From: Christensenella sp. UBA1750
GTDB lineage: Bacteria; Bacillota; Clostridia; Christensenellales; UBA1750
Reading direction: 5' to 3'
DNA: 64,000 nt
NCBI GenBank assembly: GCA_002315655.1
Contig: DCHO01000010.1
Location: 37,002 to 101,001 of the forward strand
Below the pieces are notes generated by a model. That model was given only the letters and a program-made list of their open reading frames with translations, was not told the origin of the DNA and searched no databases. A program made the translations under genes and the position numbers. Shown in pieces: positions 52,694 through 61,622 of the stretch. Position 1 is the stretch's first letter, and every line of letters starts with the position of its first letter.

Positions 52694-53435
52694 CTCTCCC
52701 GATATACTCAAATTCATCCATAAACGGTTCCATGGTCGCAATCCGCGGATGATCCCGCAGGAACCGATATGTTGATGCCAACTGCTGTGGCGGTCTGTCG
52801 CGCCTTTCTACCAGCTCCATGCAAAAGAAACGGTCATCTGCCGTCTGCCGATAATCGGGAAGCCGGGAAGTGATGAATGTGCAATACGCATCTGCATGAT
52901 AGGTGATGGCGCAATAGAGGCGTTCATCGGAAAGCAGAATGGGCTCGCCCTGTCCATCCCGAAACACGTTCAGATTGAAGTTTCTGACCTCGTGCGTGCG
53001 CAGGTTGCAAAGCAGCTTCGTTCTGTACGCATAAGGGACGTCCCGATCCGTGTATTTTTCAAGGAAGCGCATCCACAAATCTTTCGGCTCATTTTCATTC
53101 TGCTCATCATCCAAATTCGGCAATGTCGCCAGCGCTTCCCGAAGCTGCGTGTCATCCAGATTCTCCGTTTTCAACTTAATGATCTTCTTCCCGCACTCCT
53201 CCGCATAGACCCGCGCACTGTCCAGGCAGGGACACAAATAGCCGGAATCCTTCCCCAGCACTTCTAAAAACAGCCCGCAATGCGCGATCTTCTCCTGTCT
53301 GTCAGAAGTCCAGAACACGCCGTCAAACACGGTTTCATCAAACTGTATCTCTATTTGTTTCTCTGCCAAATATCTGCACACGCGCCCGTGCAGTTCTTTT
53401 TCATAGGGTGCCGCACTCACATAAACATATCCCAT
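52686..53435 (-). CDS. Hypothetical cytoplasmic protein (249 aa)
   Basis: ORF with no signal peptide and no motif I can place. Its stop overlaps the start of the GH130-like gene. Confidence 0.5.
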   Translation of the reverse strand: MGYVYVSAAPYEKELHGRVCRYLAEKQIEIQFDETVFDGVFWTSDRQEKIAHCGLFLEVLGKDSGYLCPCLDSARVYAEECGKKIIKLKTENLDDTQLREALATLPNLDDEQNENEPKDLWMRFLEKYTDRDVPYAYRTKLLCNLRTHEVRNFNLNVFRDGQGEPILLSDERLYCAITYHADAYCTFITSRLPDYRQTADDRFFCMELVERRDRPPQQLASTYRFLRDHPRIATMEPFMDEFEYIGRDD

Positions 53436-53449
53436 CTGTTTTCACCTCA

Positions 53450-53489
53450 CAATAAACAGCAAAGCCCAAGGTCTTTTTTGACTTTGGGC
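53450..53489 (-). terminator. Possible terminator after the sortase-pilus operon
   Basis: On the minus strand: GCCCAAAGTC-AAAAAA-GACCTTGGGC (9 of 10 bp), followed by an interrupted U-tract TTTGCTGTTTATT. Confidence 0.4.
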
Positions 53490-53495
53490 ATATAC

Positions 53496-54170
53496 TTATT
53501 CTTTTTCTTCCTCGCACCGCACAACAAAGCGTGTCTTTCCGCCCTTGGTACAGGTGACAAGGCTTAAATCCCATTCGCTTTGGGTCAGCTCTTCCACGGC
53601 GGTGGGCTGCAAAACCTCCACACAGGCAACGGTGTAGGTATGATTTTCTCCCGCTTCATCCGAGAACGTAATTGCATCGCCAATCCGCAAATTCTTGAGC
53701 TTGCCGAAATGCGATGAATAATTGTGCGCACAGACGACGAGGTTTTCATCCTCCACAGACCCGTAATACCTGCACGGGGTTTGGCGCAGCTTGGGATAGC
53801 TCCAATCCTTCTGCACCGGGAGCACCAGATTCAGCGTCGGAACGGACAGCACACCGTAGAGGTTCTCCCCGGAATAGCGCACGGAATGATCTTCCGATTC
53901 TTCCGTTTGTTCCGTGTCTTGGCTCTCCCCTGTTTCCTCCGTCAGAACCTCCGTCTCTTTCTCGGGTTCGTCAGCCTTTACAGGCTGATTTTCTTCCGCA
54001 GTCGTCCGTTCCTGTGTTTCCTCCACGGATTCCACATAAACCTTCAGAAGTTCGTCTGCGGAGACACCTGCCTGTCTGTCCTCATAGATGTTCCAGCCGG
54101 ACATTCCGGCAGCCGCCGCAATGAGCAACAGTCCGATTGCCATCAGACCTTTTCCGTTATTTTTCTTCAT
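53496..54170 (-). CDS. Sortase family transpeptidase (second, non-class-C; class not assigned)
   Basis: 224 aa. N-terminal TM anchor and an acidic linker. Catalytic triad context: VCAHNYSSHF (His), LSLVTCT (Cys), TRFVVRC (Arg). Confidence 0.8.
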   Translation of the reverse strand: MKKNNGKGLMAIGLLLIAAAAGMSGWNIYEDRQAGVSADELLKVYVESVEETQERTTAEENQPVKADEPEKETEVLTEETGESQDTEQTEESEDHSVRYSGENLYGVLSVPTLNLVLPVQKDWSYPKLRQTPCRYYGSVEDENLVVCAHNYSSHFGKLKNLRIGDAITFSDEAGENHTYTVACVEVLQPTAVEELTQSEWDLSLVTCTKGGKTRFVVRCEEEKE

Positions 54171-55071
54171 TGTTTTTCCGATAGCGCGTTAGTCCCACGA
54201 AGAACAGACCAAGCCCCAGCACGGTCAGCACGGGAATCGGCCATGTGATCTGCCCTGTTTGCGGGATCTTCTGCGACACATACGCATTCGTGATGAGGAA
54301 ACCGCCGGTCTCGGCTTTGACCGTTGCAGCATACTGCGCCGGGACATTTTCCTCAATCACCGTCCACTGCACACCGGCGGGCAGATTTTCCCAGGTGTAC
54401 ATCCAGTTGTTCTGCGCAGAGAGCACCACGGAAGCGTAAACCTTGTTCGACCAGCCGTAGCAGAGCGTGGCCACGACAGAGGTGGGACGCGCTTCGGTGT
54501 GTCCTTCATCCTGCCAGACCTTGCGAACGTGCACAGAGGTCTCCACGGCCTTGGGTTCGGCAGTCATGGTATAGATCCAGTTGTCATCCTTGTCCCGATC
54601 CGGGACGGAGACCAGGAACGGTGCGGGAAGCTTCGTGGAGCCGCTCTTTCCGACAGGGTTCGCCACAACAAGATACAGCCCCTTCACCAGCGTTTTCCCT
54701 TTTGTGGGGAAACGCGCGGTGCCGAACTTATCGGCAATGCAACGGTCATAAGCTTTTATACTCTTGTGGGTATCCAGCCAATACAGTAAAATCTGCAGCG
54801 CCTCACCCCAGGAATCCTGGGCTTCCATATAGGGCTTTTCCCACTTGCAGCCCACAAAGCCGTCTGTTGTGGTCAGATTTCCCCGGCGATCCATGCTTGC
54901 AACCAGGTAAATCGAGTATTGAACCTGATCACCTTTCAGCTCCTCCGGCGAATAAACAATCAGGGAAGCATAACGGCTTTCATCCACATTATCAATAGCA
55001 AAAACAGGCACACAAATCAAAAGGCATAGAAGCAGCGCTATGCAGGATAGGATCAGCTTGTTCTTTCTCAT
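54157..55071 (-). CDS. Cell-wall-anchored Cna-B-domain protein, probable basal/minor pilin
   Basis: Start placed at MRKNKLILS (55071, RBS AAGGAG). Signal peptide is present. Cna-B-like VRKVWQDEGHTEARPTSV...WTVIEENVPAQY. C-terminal sorting signal IPQTG, then a hydrophobic helix, then RYRKNNEEK. Confidence 0.8.
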   Translation of the reverse strand: MRKNKLILSCIALLLCLLICVPVFAIDNVDESRYASLIVYSPEELKGDQVQYSIYLVASMDRRGNLTTTDGFVGCKWEKPYMEAQDSWGEALQILLYWLDTHKSIKAYDRCIADKFGTARFPTKGKTLVKGLYLVVANPVGKSGSTKLPAPFLVSVPDRDKDDNWIYTMTAEPKAVETSVHVRKVWQDEGHTEARPTSVVATLCYGWSNKVYASVVLSAQNNWMYTWENLPAGVQWTVIEENVPAQYAATVKAETGGFLITNAYVSQKIPQTGQITWPIPVLTVLGLGLFFVGLTRYRKNNEEK

Positions 55072-55084
55072 TTGCGATTTCTCC

Positions 55085-55927
55085 TTAGGATTTGTGTTCT
55101 TTTCTTCCGGCATTTCCGATGCCGAAAATGAGCAATGCGAGAATCAGCAGCGGCACAGAAAGACACGCCGCCACTATGTTTTCATCAATCAGCACCGCAT
55201 CCGAGGTCACGCGGGCTGCGTTCTGATAGCTATCCTTCGCGGCATCGTTATCCACGCGATGCCCCGTCACCAGCAGTCTGTGGCTGTTGACGCCATAGGG
55301 AGTGCAGGTCACAAGGGTGCATAAATCTTTTCCTTCTTCAACAGAAAGCGCCGCCACGTCCGAGGGCAGTACGATGAGAATGCGATCGACCTCGTAGGTC
55401 AGGGTCTCCCCTAAGATGTGCAGCCGGAAGGTATTGCCCTCCGAGAGCTTGTCCAAATTGGTCAGCAGCTTGGCGCTGGGTAATCCTCTGTGGCCGGAAA
55501 GCACACAATGGGTGCTCTCTCCGCCCACCGGCAGGCTGCTCCATTCCACATGACCCGTCCCGATCTGCAGCACCGTATCGTCCGTGCCGTGATAGATAGG
55601 CAACGTCACATTGATGAGCGGAATCTCCACATACCCCATAATGCCGTCCCCGGCTAAATTGAGCAGCGACGAATAGGCCGTCTTCTGTTCCTCAGTCAGG
55701 GCGAAAGGATTCTCTCTCTGCGTAAGCAAAACATTGTATTCCTCCGCCTTGTCCCATTCTTCGCCTGTCTCCTCCTCTTTCAGAGCGGAGACCGTGTTGT
55801 TGTAGACCGAGACGGTGTAGCTGGCGTGGCTTTTGTTCCAGAAGTCGGATACGACCGGGTACAGAATCAGTGTAAGCCCTGCGCACAGAATGAGGAGCAG
55901 CAAAATCGTGATGATGGTTTTCTTCAA
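55085..55927 (-). CDS. Class C (pilus-assembly) sortase
   Basis: 280 aa. N-terminal anchor followed by YPVVSDFWN. Catalytic context: VLSGHRGLPSAKL (His), LCTLVTCTPYGVNSHRLLVTGHR (Cys/Arg). C-terminal second TM helix. Confidence 0.9.
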   Translation of the reverse strand: MKKTIITILLLLILCAGLTLILYPVVSDFWNKSHASYTVSVYNNTVSALKEEETGEEWDKAEEYNVLLTQRENPFALTEEQKTAYSSLLNLAGDGIMGYVEIPLINVTLPIYHGTDDTVLQIGTGHVEWSSLPVGGESTHCVLSGHRGLPSAKLLTNLDKLSEGNTFRLHILGETLTYEVDRILIVLPSDVAALSVEEGKDLCTLVTCTPYGVNSHRLLVTGHRVDNDAAKDSYQNAARVTSDAVLIDENIVAACLSVPLLILALLIFGIGNAGRKEHKS

Positions 55928-55963
55928 TACAATACGCGCTCCTTATCCTGCGGTTTCGGTTTC

Positions 55964-57499
55964 TTATTTGGAGGTGGACTTTTTACGCACAAGCAGCAGA
56001 ACCGCCGCGAGAAGCACCAGCACACCGCCACCGATGAAATAGGCATAAGTGCCTTCGCCGCCGGTGCCGGGCAGTTTTTTGCCGGGCTCGTTCTTGATCA
56101 CAAGCGTCGTGGTCTGATAGCCGGCATCGGCACCCGTCTTGACCGTGGTGTCGTCATTTTTCAGGGTGACAGCCTGACGGGCTTCGAGAATCATGTATCC
56201 CTTGGGCGTCTGGGTTTCGTTGAGATAGTAGGTTCCCTCATCAAAGCCGAAAATCTTCGCTTTTCCCGCTTCGATCTCGGTATAGTTTGCGCTCTCGGAG
56301 GCCAGCGCCTTGCGATAAACGCCATCCGAAACCTTTACGACAGGAATTTCGTTGCCGTTTTTTTCAGCGTCATAGAGCTTGAACTTCGCACCGGTCAGCT
56401 GATTCCCCTTCATGTCCTGCTTTTCAACGGAGAAACCAAGGACATAGGTGTCCGTGTGAGAGGTCAGCGGGTCTCCGGTGTACGCCGTCCCGGTGTTCGT
56501 GGGATCGGTATCGTTCCAGGCCTTTTCCTTCCACGTCAGTGTTACAGTGTTCTTGTTGTCATAGACCGCCTTTTCATTAACGGTAGCCTGATAAACGAAA
56601 GACAGGTGCGGTTCGGAATCCCAGGTTGTCTGGGGAACGACCTTAATCGTCAACGTCTGGTTTTCCACTTTCGCATCATAGCCGGAAATCTCTGTTCCAT
56701 CCACATAGACATGGAGAGAACCCTTCACGAACGTGATGGCAGCATCCATGGTGTCTGTGAAGATGTACTGGGTGACAGCCTTATCCCCATTGTACTTGGG
56801 CACAAAGGCGTTGATCTTAAAGCTGATGGTATCGCCGATGCCCGCGGTATTGGACTTTGCATAAGTGCCCGCGGTATTGGTGGCCGTGTCATAGTCCGCA
56901 ACGAACTTACCGATGGTCTGCGGGTCTGCATTCAGATCCGTGTCGGTGGGATAGTCGCCGGGCTCATTGTCCCAGCCGGGCTTCTGGTTCTTGTCGATGA
57001 TGACAACATCCGGGGTGGTGGTGTCAAGGGAAGCCGTGGCGCCCAAAGAGCTCTGAATGTAATAGAAGCCGAAGGGCAGGTCGGCGAACTTATAGCTGTC
57101 GCTGTCCGCCGTATGGGAATACTTCTGCGTGGTGGGAACCTTGTTTGCCTCAATGATGGGCTTCAGGAAGGCGGAAATCGTCGAGGCTTCCAAAGCTGCA
57201 TCAAAATGAACATTGTAAGTGTCGGCAATGGTGGTCTCCTTCAGCGTGAAGGGAGAACCCGTTGCCGTAAGTGCCGCATACAGATCGGTATTGCCCGCAG
57301 TCTTTGTGAAGGTATAGGCCACAGGCAGAGGATCGCCGCTGTCAGCGTAGGTCGCCTCAAAGATTCTGTAAACGGTGTAGTCCTTGTTCTTTGTTGTGTT
57401 CTTGATGGTGATGGAGCCGGTCGTCACATCCGCAAAGGTCGCAGGAATGGCGCACAACAACAGAACAACGGTCAGAATCAGGGCAAGTGTGCGTTTCAT
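55964..57499 (-). CDS. LPXTG-anchored major pilin (SpaA/SpaH-type, isopeptide-forming)
   Basis: 511 aa. Signal peptide ...IPATFA/DV. Pilin-motif-like INAFVPKYNG. E-box YYLNETQTPKGY. Sorting signal LPGTG, then a hydrophobic helix, then VRKKSTSK. Confidence 0.85.
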   Translation of the reverse strand: MKRTLALILTVVLLLCAIPATFADVTTGSITIKNTTKNKDYTVYRIFEATYADSGDPLPVAYTFTKTAGNTDLYAALTATGSPFTLKETTIADTYNVHFDAALEASTISAFLKPIIEANKVPTTQKYSHTADSDSYKFADLPFGFYYIQSSLGATASLDTTTPDVVIIDKNQKPGWDNEPGDYPTDTDLNADPQTIGKFVADYDTATNTAGTYAKSNTAGIGDTISFKINAFVPKYNGDKAVTQYIFTDTMDAAITFVKGSLHVYVDGTEISGYDAKVENQTLTIKVVPQTTWDSEPHLSFVYQATVNEKAVYDNKNTVTLTWKEKAWNDTDPTNTGTAYTGDPLTSHTDTYVLGFSVEKQDMKGNQLTGAKFKLYDAEKNGNEIPVVKVSDGVYRKALASESANYTEIEAGKAKIFGFDEGTYYLNETQTPKGYMILEARQAVTLKNDDTTVKTGADAGYQTTTLVIKNEPGKKLPGTGGEGTYAYFIGGGVLVLLAAVLLLVRKKSTSK

Positions 57500-57513
57500 T
57501 GTTTTGTCCTCCC

Positions 57514-60500
57514 TTATCTCATATCAGGTTCATTGGTTTTCTTTTTGAACAGGAGCAGGAACGTTACAGGAATCAGGAACACCGCGCCGAGCATCATGAG
57601 CAGCAGCTTGCCGACGCCGCCTGTTGCCGGCAGGAGATCGCCCTTCGTGTTCGTGAAGGTGACGGACGTGTCTGCGACAATCGGATCCGTCGGCGCGAAC
57701 AGGTCGCCCTCCTGGCTGAACGTGCCGGACTTGATCAGCACGGTATAACCGTCGTGATCGGTCTCCGTCACCGTATAGGTGGCTCCGACAGGGATCAGCA
57801 GTTCCTCCGTTGAAAGGTCATCGCTGTTTTCCCCGTTTTTCAGCTTGAAGGTTGTGAAGGTCTTGCTTTCCGTGCCCTTCGTGTATTTCACGGTGTAGGT
57901 GAATTCCTTGGTCGTGTCCTGTGTGCAGATGCAATCCACCGTGAGCTTGACCTTAGCGGGAACATAAGCGTTTGTAATCTGAATTTCGGGGGAAGCCTGC
58001 TCGGTTGCGTAGGTATATTCGAGCTTTGCGACCTTTATCCAGTCCGCCGCTGTGAAGGTAAGCGTGTGCGGCGAGGCCGTTTTGCTGTAAGTCACATTCT
58101 CCCATTCAACGACCAGTTTGTCCTGTGCAAGATAATAGCTGAAATTCTTGAAGTTCGTACCGTCCTTCGCGGTGAGCGTGGCTTCGATCAGCCCGCGCAT
58201 CCCGGCGGACAAGGGCTTTTCGGAAACAATGGAGGTGCCGGTTGTCGCGGCAAAGGCATATACCGTGCCATCTGCAATGGAAACCGGGCTGTTTGATTTC
58301 ACATCAGTGTAAGTCAGAGACACCGTTTTGTTGCCGACCACGATGTTGTTTGTGCCGGTGGTTTTTGCCGGGAGATAGGTGTCAGTCAGCGTCATGTTGG
58401 TGATGTCGGTGTTGACCTCCGTCACGGTGTATGTGTCTTTGCCCCAATTCTCTATCGTCCAGCGCCAGATGATTGTGTTTGCGGTAGAAGTGTCTGTCGT
58501 GTGCGTGACGGAGGAATTCAGGGTTTTCGTCTTGGTCGCATCCGTGGTTGAAGTCACCGTGATGGCGAAATTTGTCGGAATCTGATCTGCCGTAATCCCG
58601 GTGAACTTCTTCTCCACTACAATCGAATTGTCGCTTTGGGTGGAATTGTCCGGCTTCAACTGCACAACCGGGTGATCGTAATATTTGGTGTAGCTGGGTG
58701 CAGAGGTTTTTGTCTCCTGCAATTTGTAGCCCACATAGGCTTGCTTATTGGAGTAGAACCCGGCTTTTTCAGAGCTGGTGCTGTTTCCCGGATAGTCCGA
58801 GTTTTCACTGCCTGTTGCATTATAGGTTTCAGTCTTTGTCGCATCCGTCAGCTTCACGTTGTAGGACATGGTGTAAACATATTTGTCCTTCAGGGTGTAA
58901 TTCTCGTTGAAGGTCGCCGTGATGGTTCCCGTTGTATCGGTCGCCCCCGCCGCAGCGGGCGTGTATGTGACGCTACTGATGATGTTGGGCGTTGTCGTGG
59001 TTGATCCGCTTTTATAGGTGAAGGTTTGTTTTGCTGCGTTATTTTCCCAGAGCGTTTTTGTGTCTGTGCCGTTTGACATGACGATCTTCAAATCGGCAGT
59101 TGAAGCATCATAGCTCACATATTTGGAAAGCTCGTCCGTGATGGTGACCGTGAAAGGGTGGGTCATCATATCCAGAACCTTAACCAGGTCATCGGAGGTA
59201 CTCGTACTGAAGTAAGATTGGTTGTTATCATCGCCATCATCCAGCAAGTCAAGCATATCGTCCTGCGAAAGAGTACCGTAAGCAGCCGTATAAATTGCTA
59301 CATCTGTGTTGTTTGTGCGGAAGTAATTGATGGCTGTTTGTGTCTCTCCCTTAGCAGAATTATAGTCATAGCTGCTTCCTTCCGGGGTTTGTGTGGTATC
59401 GGTTTTGCTATCAAAAGATTTTGTCGGCTCGCCATCGCTCAAGAAGAACATGACCCGCTTGTTTCCGTCCCCGCTGATGGAAGCGGAATCAAATATATCA
59501 TCTGCCAGGAAAAGACCTGCCGAATAGTTCGTTCCCTGTGTTGTGGTCAAGTCTTTATGGGTATAGGTATTCGACCAATCCAATTCGACTTTTGCATGGT
59601 TTTTATATCCCGATGCAGCCGATCCTCTTCCGGCACCTGCAAATGAAATGATCGCAATTCTATTATTGCTATTGCTGTTTAAGAAATTGGAAACATAGGT
59701 TTTCAGGAAAGTATTGATCTGACTTGCTCCGCCGTTCCTATCCATACTGCTGGACACATCCAGTACAAGCAGGAGATCGATGCCTTGATTGGCCGAGCCG
59801 GAAATGTCCAGATACAGGCGATACATCTTATCGCCCAAGGTGTTGCCGGGGTTATCGCCGAGATAGTCAATCTGTTTTTTGCGGGCAAATTCAAGTTCGG
59901 TAGAAGCTGTGCCTCCGGGCGTTGCCCCCAGCATGGGAACGGAAGGCAGGGTGGTGATGAACCCGGTGTCGGAGAAGCCGCCCTGGGTGTATTCGAGGCC
60001 GGAAATGCCGTCTTCGTCGGCAATCACCTGAGGCTCGATGAGTTCAGTGCCGTCCTCGGTGAAGTGAACCACTGTCAGGTCAGAGCCTTCGGCGGTCTCC
60101 ACGGCGTCAGAATACGTCACCTTTACGGTCACGGGCGCGGCGGGCTCAACCTCCACACCGTTTGACCACAGAGTTATATTGAAGAAGCGTGCGGTCTCGA
60201 TGGTGTCCGCGGGCTCCTCTGCATCCTTGCCGCTTTCCAACGCTTCCTGCGCCTGCTGATACAGGCGGTCGTAATCCTCGGTACCGGGGAGATATTCAGA
60301 GGCGGTGAGGGTCACATCCTCCGGGAGCTTCGCGTCGTTCTTGTAAGAGACAGTGATGGTGTAATCCGCGCCCTCAAAGGTCAGGGTATGGACGATGGCG
60401 TCCAGAATGACGGGATTCTGCGGCATTTCGCCAAAGCCCAGCAGTTTTTCCTCGGCAAAGGTGTACTCAAAACGGGCAACGGTTGAGCCGTTTCCGCCCT

Positions 60501-61590
60501 CGATTGCGGCAAAGACATCCTCGGTAACTTCCGTGACGATACCCATTAAGCCATCCTCAAAGAAAGCCAGGTCGCCGACCTTCACCTCATATTCCGTTCC
60601 CTTTGCGTGATAGAGCTCCGTTTCATTTAGCTTGTTCAGCCATTGTGCAGCATCAGCAAAGGTCGGCATGGAGGTTTCGGGAACATCTGCGTATTTTACG
60701 CAGAACGCGGCAAAGGCAGCACTCCAATCCCCGTAAGGCTGCCGCAGGAATGCGCCGTAGCGGGTGTAGATGAGCGGTTCCCCGGATTCTTCATTTGTCA
60801 ACCCGGTCTCCACGGCCTGATAGCCCAGCTGGGTGTTGGCTACGGCAGCCACATTCAGCGGCCAGTCGTCGGTAAGCTCCGCGTTTGCGACAGAGGCGTT
60901 CCAGTCTTCCTCGGATTCCTCAAAGTCGTAGTGCGGGAGGAAGCATTCCTCGGTGTGGGTGTGCTCAGGCAACTCGCAGGTAAATTTGCTCTCGGTGGTG
61001 TAGCATTCTTCGGTATGAACGTGGTTTTCCACTTGATTACAGATGAGAACGCGCTGAATTTCCTTGCAGTCCTCCGTGTGGGTGTGCGGTTCGCATTCCT
61101 CTTTTCCGCAGATGAGTTTCTTCTTATAACATTCTTCGCTGTGGTGATGCGGTTCACATTCGGGGATTTCGCAGGTCAGTTCGCCCTCGGTGTAACATTC
61201 CTCGGTGTGGGTGTGGCCTTCAGTCTCCTCGATTTCGCACACAAGCTCCTGCTCCGCGGCGTAGCAGTCCTCGGTATGGATGTGCCCCTCGGTCTCATCA
61301 AATCCGCAGATATAGACTTCCTTTTCCTCATAGCAGGCATCAGTATGGACATGGTTTTCCTCAAAGGGGCAGATGAGGGTCTGCTCATTGGTATAGCATT
61401 CCTCGGTGTGGGTGTGCTCGGTGATCCCGCAGGTAGGCTCCTGATCCTTCGCCAAGCCGGGCAGAACCAGCAAAGCCACCGTGGTCAGTACCACGGCAAC
61501 GCCCAGCACAAACACAAGTCTGCGCCAATGTTTCGCTTTTCTGTTGGCTTTTCTGATGCGCCGTTCGAGATCCTGTGTGGAACTTGCCAT
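57514..61590 (-). CDS. Pilus tip adhesin: Cys/His repeat array + CHAP-like domain + VWA domain + Ig-like stalk, LPATG-anchored
   Basis: Start placed at MASSTQDLERR (61590, RBS AGGAGG 8 nt upstream); the track start at 61656 overlaps the signal peptidase gene. There is an N-terminal TM/signal segment. Eight C-x(4-7)-HxH[TS][ED]xC[YFK] repeats follow. VWA MIDAS motif LLLVLDVSSSMD plus MFFLSDGEPT. E-box-like YTVTETDHDGY. C-terminal LPATG, then a helix, then KKKTNE. Confidence 0.85.
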   Translation of the reverse strand: MASSTQDLERRIRKANRKAKHWRRLVFVLGVAVVLTTVALLVLPGLAKDQEPTCGITEHTHTEECYTNEQTLICPFEENHVHTDACYEEKEVYICGFDETEGHIHTEDCYAAEQELVCEIEETEGHTHTEECYTEGELTCEIPECEPHHHSEECYKKKLICGKEECEPHTHTEDCKEIQRVLICNQVENHVHTEECYTTESKFTCELPEHTHTEECFLPHYDFEESEEDWNASVANAELTDDWPLNVAAVANTQLGYQAVETGLTNEESGEPLIYTRYGAFLRQPYGDWSAAFAAFCVKYADVPETSMPTFADAAQWLNKLNETELYHAKGTEYEVKVGDLAFFEDGLMGIVTEVTEDVFAAIEGGNGSTVARFEYTFAEEKLLGFGEMPQNPVILDAIVHTLTFEGADYTITVSYKNDAKLPEDVTLTASEYLPGTEDYDRLYQQAQEALESGKDAEEPADTIETARFFNITLWSNGVEVEPAAPVTVKVTYSDAVETAEGSDLTVVHFTEDGTELIEPQVIADEDGISGLEYTQGGFSDTGFITTLPSVPMLGATPGGTASTELEFARKKQIDYLGDNPGNTLGDKMYRLYLDISGSANQGIDLLLVLDVSSSMDRNGGASQINTFLKTYVSNFLNSNSNNRIAIISFAGAGRGSAASGYKNHAKVELDWSNTYTHKDLTTTQGTNYSAGLFLADDIFDSASISGDGNKRVMFFLSDGEPTKSFDSKTDTTQTPEGSSYDYNSAKGETQTAINYFRTNNTDVAIYTAAYGTLSQDDMLDLLDDGDDNNQSYFSTSTSDDLVKVLDMMTHPFTVTITDELSKYVSYDASTADLKIVMSNGTDTKTLWENNAAKQTFTYKSGSTTTTPNIISSVTYTPAAAGATDTTGTITATFNENYTLKDKYVYTMSYNVKLTDATKTETYNATGSENSDYPGNSTSSEKAGFYSNKQAYVGYKLQETKTSAPSYTKYYDHPVVQLKPDNSTQSDNSIVVEKKFTGITADQIPTNFAITVTSTTDATKTKTLNSSVTHTTDTSTANTIIWRWTIENWGKDTYTVTEVNTDITNMTLTDTYLPAKTTGTNNIVVGNKTVSLTYTDVKSNSPVSIADGTVYAFAATTGTSIVSEKPLSAGMRGLIEATLTAKDGTNFKNFSYYLAQDKLVVEWENVTYSKTASPHTLTFTAADWIKVAKLEYTYATEQASPEIQITNAYVPAKVKLTVDCICTQDTTKEFTYTVKYTKGTESKTFTTFKLKNGENSDDLSTEELLIPVGATYTVTETDHDGYTVLIKSGTFSQEGDLFAPTDPIVADTSVTFTNTKGDLLPATGGVGKLLLMMLGAVFLIPVTFLLLFKKKTNEPDMR

Positions 61591-61622
61591 ATCGTGATCC
61601 TCCTGCGTGTGGAAAAAGTACT

